NCBI GenBank assembly: GCA_964389015.1
Contig: CAYMCR010000001.1
Coordinates: forward strand, 86,040-150,039
DNA length: 64,000 bases
Direction of reading: 5' to 3'
Source of the DNA: an uncultured Fibrobacteraceae bacterium
GTDB taxonomy: Bacteria > Krumholzibacteriota > Krumholzibacteriia > LZORAL124-64-63
A program made the position numbers and the translations under genes. Within the stretch, counting starts at the first letter, position 1, and every line of letters starts with the position of its first letter. Below the pieces are notes generated by a model that was not told where the DNA came from, searched no databases, and saw only the letters and a list, made by a program, of their open reading frames with translations. Shown one piece after another: positions 61,378 through 64,000 of this stretch.

Positions 61378-62802
61378 TCAGCCGTCCTTACCGGCCGGCA
61401 GTGCCAGGGTGTCGTAGGCGGTCACCGCCACGGTGCGGGCCTGCAACCACTGGCCGGCGGACAACCCGCGCGCCGGCATCAAAACCACTCCGTCCACGTC
61501 GTAGGCCTGGGCGACTCCTCGCGCCACCGCCACCTCGCCGCCCGTGAGCAAACGTTCCGGGGCCGTGTCCGGTTCCGCAATCTCTCGGCCCTGGGCTGCG
61601 GCCGCGCTGGTCAACGCCGCGGCGAGCTCACTCCAGTTCGCCAGGTCGTCGATCTTGTCGACTACCAACTCGTCGACCCGGCCGCGCCGTGAGAGCTGGC
61701 GCTCCAGCGAGATATCGTGCTGGAGATCCAGCAGACGTGCCTCGCGATCCGCGACCTCCTCGGGATCCGGCGCGTCCGTCAACCTGGCGCCCGGTGTTCC
61801 CGCCTCAGGAGAATAACGGTAGGTTCCCACGTGGTCAAACCGGATACGCGACAAGAAATCGGCCGCGATCTCGATGTCTTCCTCCTCCTCGCCCGGAAAA
61901 CCGAGCAGCAGGGTCGTGCGCAGGACTACTTCAGGTCTCTCGGCACGCAGGTCGCTGAAGAAGCGCTCCAGGGCGTCCACGGCAAAGGGCCGGCTCATAC
62001 GCTTCAGGATGCGCGGCGAAGCGTGCTGGACCGGCATGTCCACATAGGGCACGACCAGGGGCGTGTCCAGGATGCGCCGGAAACTTTCGCCGTCGATCAA
62101 ACCGGGATACAGGTAATGCAGACGTAGCCGCCGCAGACCCGCGACCCCCCCCAGGACGCGCACCAGCTCCAGTAGATCCTCTCCCGTGCCGCGTCCGTAA
62201 TCGCTCGTGTTCTGCGAGACGAGCATGATCTCGGCGACGCCGCGCGCGACCAGCCGGGTCACCTCGTCGGCGATCTCCGCCACCGGCCGCGAGCGCTGAT
62301 CCCCGCGGATCATGGGGATGCGACAGAACGCGCAACGGAAATTGCATCCCTCGCTGATCTTTACGAAGGCCAGGTGGGGCGGCGTCAGCAGGGGGCGATC
62401 GGCGAGGCCGTCGTAGCTGGCGTCCCCGGGCCGGCCGATGGGAATACGATCCGCGCGAAGTTCCAGAGCCTCGAGGATGCGGTCGAAATTGCCCACGCCG
62501 CTGACCAGGTCGACCTCGGGGAAGCGCTCGGCGACAGCGGCGCCCTGTTCCTGCGTGAGGCAGCCGGTCACCACCAGCGTGCGGTCGCCCTTTTGCGCGC
62601 AGAGAGTGGCGATGGTCTCATAGCTGTCCAGGCGGGCGGCCTCGATGAAGCTGCAGGTGTTGACGACGAGGATGTCGGCGGCGGCGGGATCATCCGTCAG
62701 CGAGATTCCCCGCGTTGCGAACCGTCCCAGCAAAGCCTCGGAATCGACGAGGTTCTTGTCGCAGCCCAGGGTCGTGATGAATACGGAGCGGTTTTCCGTC
62801 AC
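61378..62802 (-). CDS. rimO: Ribosomal protein S12 methylthiotransferase RimO (radical SAM + TRAM)
   Basis: GTG start overlapping the ftsK stop (GTGA). MTTase N-domain SVFITTLGCDKNLVDSE, radical SAM CNFRCAFC, C-terminal TRAM domain. Confidence 0.8.
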   Translation of the reverse strand: MTENRSVFITTLGCDKNLVDSEALLGRFATRGISLTDDPAAADILVVNTCSFIEAARLDSYETIATLCAQKGDRTLVVTGCLTQEQGAAVAERFPEVDLVSGVGNFDRILEALELRADRIPIGRPGDASYDGLADRPLLTPPHLAFVKISEGCNFRCAFCRIPMIRGDQRSRPVAEIADEVTRLVARGVAEIMLVSQNTSDYGRGTGEDLLELVRVLGGVAGLRRLRLHYLYPGLIDGESFRRILDTPLVVPYVDMPVQHASPRILKRMSRPFAVDALERFFSDLRAERPEVVLRTTLLLGFPGEEEEDIEIAADFLSRIRFDHVGTYRYSPEAGTPGARLTDAPDPEEVADREARLLDLQHDISLERQLSRRGRVDELVVDKIDDLANWSELAAALTSAAAAQGREIAEPDTAPERLLTGGEVAVARGVAQAYDVDGVVLMPARGLSAGQWLQARTVAVTAYDTLALPAGKDG

Positions 62803-64000
62803 AGCGGATCTTCCCCGTCCGCGGCCTCCAGGGCCGCGAGCGTGTCGGGCTGCATCAGGACTTCGCGGGCCTTGCTGCCGATGAAGGGACCGACCACGCC
62901 CGCCTGCTCCAGCAGGTCCATGAGACGGCCCGCGCGGGCGTAGCCCACCTGCAGCTTGCGCTGGAGCATGGACGTGGAGCCATGCTGGGAGAGCACGACG
63001 ATCTCCCGCGCACGCTCGAAGAGCTGGTCCGCCTCGAGTTCGATCCCCGACAGATCGTCCCGTTCCGCGGCCAAGGTGATGTGCCGGGTGATGTCGGCAT
63101 AATCCCGCCAGTGGGCGGCGATCGCCTCGCATTCGGCGACGTCGAGAAAGGCGCCGTGCAGGCGGATGGGCTGGGCACGCCCGGGCTGCAGGTAGAGCAT
63201 GTCGCCCTTGCCGAGCAGCTTCTCCGCTCCGTTGGCGTCGAGGATGGTGCGGGAATCGTTCTTCTGGATCACGCGGAAGGCGATCCGGCAAGGTACATTG
63301 GCCTTGATGACGCCGGTGAGCACGTCGACGCTCGGGCGTTGGGTGGCCAGCACCAGGTGGATGCCGACCGCGCGCGCCTTCTGGGCCAGACGGGTGATGG
63401 GCAGTTCGATCTCCGGGCCCAGCTGGACCATGAGATCGGCCAGCTCGTCCACGATGCACACGTAGTAGGGCATCGGTTCGGTAACGGCCGCGCCGTCGTC
63501 GCCGCTCACCAGACCCGCCGTCACCTTGTTATTGTAGGCCTCGATGTTGCGGACGCTGTGGCGCGAGAGACGTCGATAGCGATGGTCCATCTGGGCTTCC
63601 ATCCACTTCAACGCCCGCAAGGCCTCCTTGGGGTCGGTCACCACGGGGGTCAGCAGGTGGGGCACGTCGTTGTAGACGTTCAGCTCGAGCATCTTGGGAT
63701 CGATCAGGAGCATCCGCACCGTCGCGGGATCGCAGCGCAGCAACAGCGAGCAGATCATGGCGTTGATGCAGACGCTCTTGCCGCTGCCGGTCGAACCGGC
63801 CACCAGCAGGTGCGGCTGGTCCGCCAGATCGATCGAGACTGCATCGCCGAAGACGTCGCGGCCCAGCACGACGCTCAGCGGCTTGCGCAGGTGGTCGGCG
63901 GCGAGCGTGAAGACCTCCTTCATCGACACGATTTCCTGCTCGGGATTCGGGATCTCGATGCCCACGGCGGCCTTGCCGGGAATGGGTGCCTCCATGCGGA
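62799..64000 (-). CDS. ftsK: DNA translocase FtsK/SpoIIIE (C-terminal motor and gamma domain; N-terminus beyond window end)
   Basis: Walker A LLVAGSTGSGKSVCINAMI. C-terminal winged-helix gamma domain SQHGSTSMLQRKLQVGYARAGRLMDLLEQAGVV. Confidence 0.85.
   Translation of the reverse strand, partial: RMEAPIPGKAAVGIEIPNPEQEIVSMKEVFTLAADHLRKPLSVVLGRDVFGDAVSIDLADQPHLLVAGSTGSGKSVCINAMICSLLLRCDPATVRMLLIDPKMLELNVYNDVPHLLTPVVTDPKEALRALKWMEAQMDHRYRRLSRHSVRNIEAYNNKVTAGLVSGDDGAAVTEPMPYYVCIVDELADLMVQLGPEIELPITRLAQKARAVGIHLVLATQRPSVDVLTGVIKANVPCRIAFRVIQKNDSRTILDANGAEKLLGKGDMLYLQPGRAQPIRLHGAFLDVAECEAIAAHWRDYADITRHITLAAERDDLSGIELEADQLFERAREIVVLSQHGSTSMLQRKLQVGYARAGRLMDLLEQAGVVGPFIGSKAREVLMQPDTLAALEAADGEDPL

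Noticed and set aside
61378-63459. Very long N-terminal extensions in track ORFs: rimO 693 aa, lpxK 551 aa, bshA 639 aa, polA 978 aa, bamA 826 aa, clpC 859 aa and coaE 232 aa.
   Set aside because: The extensions are Arg-rich nonsense upstream of clear homologous starts with RBSs. Several overlap the previous gene's coding region in another frame. Starts were therefore moved to internal ATG/GTG codons that restore canonical N-termini.
1-64000. CRISPR arrays, IS elements, prophage genes, toxin-antitoxin pairs and restriction-modification systems.
   Set aside because: No repeat-spacer arrays, transposase/integrase-like ORFs, phage structural genes, paired toxin-antitoxin ORFs or restriction-modification methyltransferase/endonuclease pairs were seen on either strand.

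Overview
High-GC (about 65%) bacterial chromosomal segment with three parts. No CRISPR array, IS element, integrase or prophage signature was seen.

**Left part, 0.2-16.1 kb: flagellar late-gene locus.**
- A PAS/GAF sensor kinase and a partial response regulator lie next to flgM.
- The flagellin-fliD-fliS-(FliT-like) operon is driven by a sigma28 promoter and diverges from flgM.
- A convergent 9.6-kb minus-strand operon reads flgF-flgG-flgA-flgH-flgI-flgJ (rod-binding + SLT fusion)-flgN-like-flgK-flgL-fliW-csrA, with a sigma54-type promoter upstream.

**Middle part, 16.4-25.5 kb: accessory-looking stretch.**
- A single-domain PilZ protein with its own sigma54-like promoter and terminator.
- An HU/IHF-family gene followed by a 29-aa Lys/Arg-rich peptide gene that is missed by the ORF track.
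- A lower-GC structured intergenic region.
- A two-gene operon encoding a small secreted pilin-like protein and a GlmU-like (TIGR03991-type) nucleotidyltransferase.
- A sigma-fimbrial (Csu/SCPU-type) chaperone-usher cluster.
- Divergent tRNA-Ala(GGC) and tRNA-Leu(CAA) genes.

**Right part, 25.5-64 kb: minus-strand housekeeping array, almost entirely co-directional.**
- pruA; fbp on the plus strand; a cupin protein.
- cpoB-pal-tolB-tolA-tolR-tolQ.
- bshA-bshB-bshC preceded by a SAM methyltransferase and nadB.
- lpxK-DUF374-lpxB-lpxA-lpxC/fabZ fusion-lpxD-skp-bamA.
- clpC, lolD-lolE, lysS, and prfB with the canonical +1 frameshift site.
- coaE, polA, nadD, bamD, a hypothetical membrane protein, rimO, and a partial ftsK.

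The LpxC-FabZ fusion together with the bacillithiol genes suggests an FCB-group-like organism.

Start coordinates follow the supplied ORF track. Promoters, terminators and tRNA ends were counted by eye and may be off by 1-2 nt.
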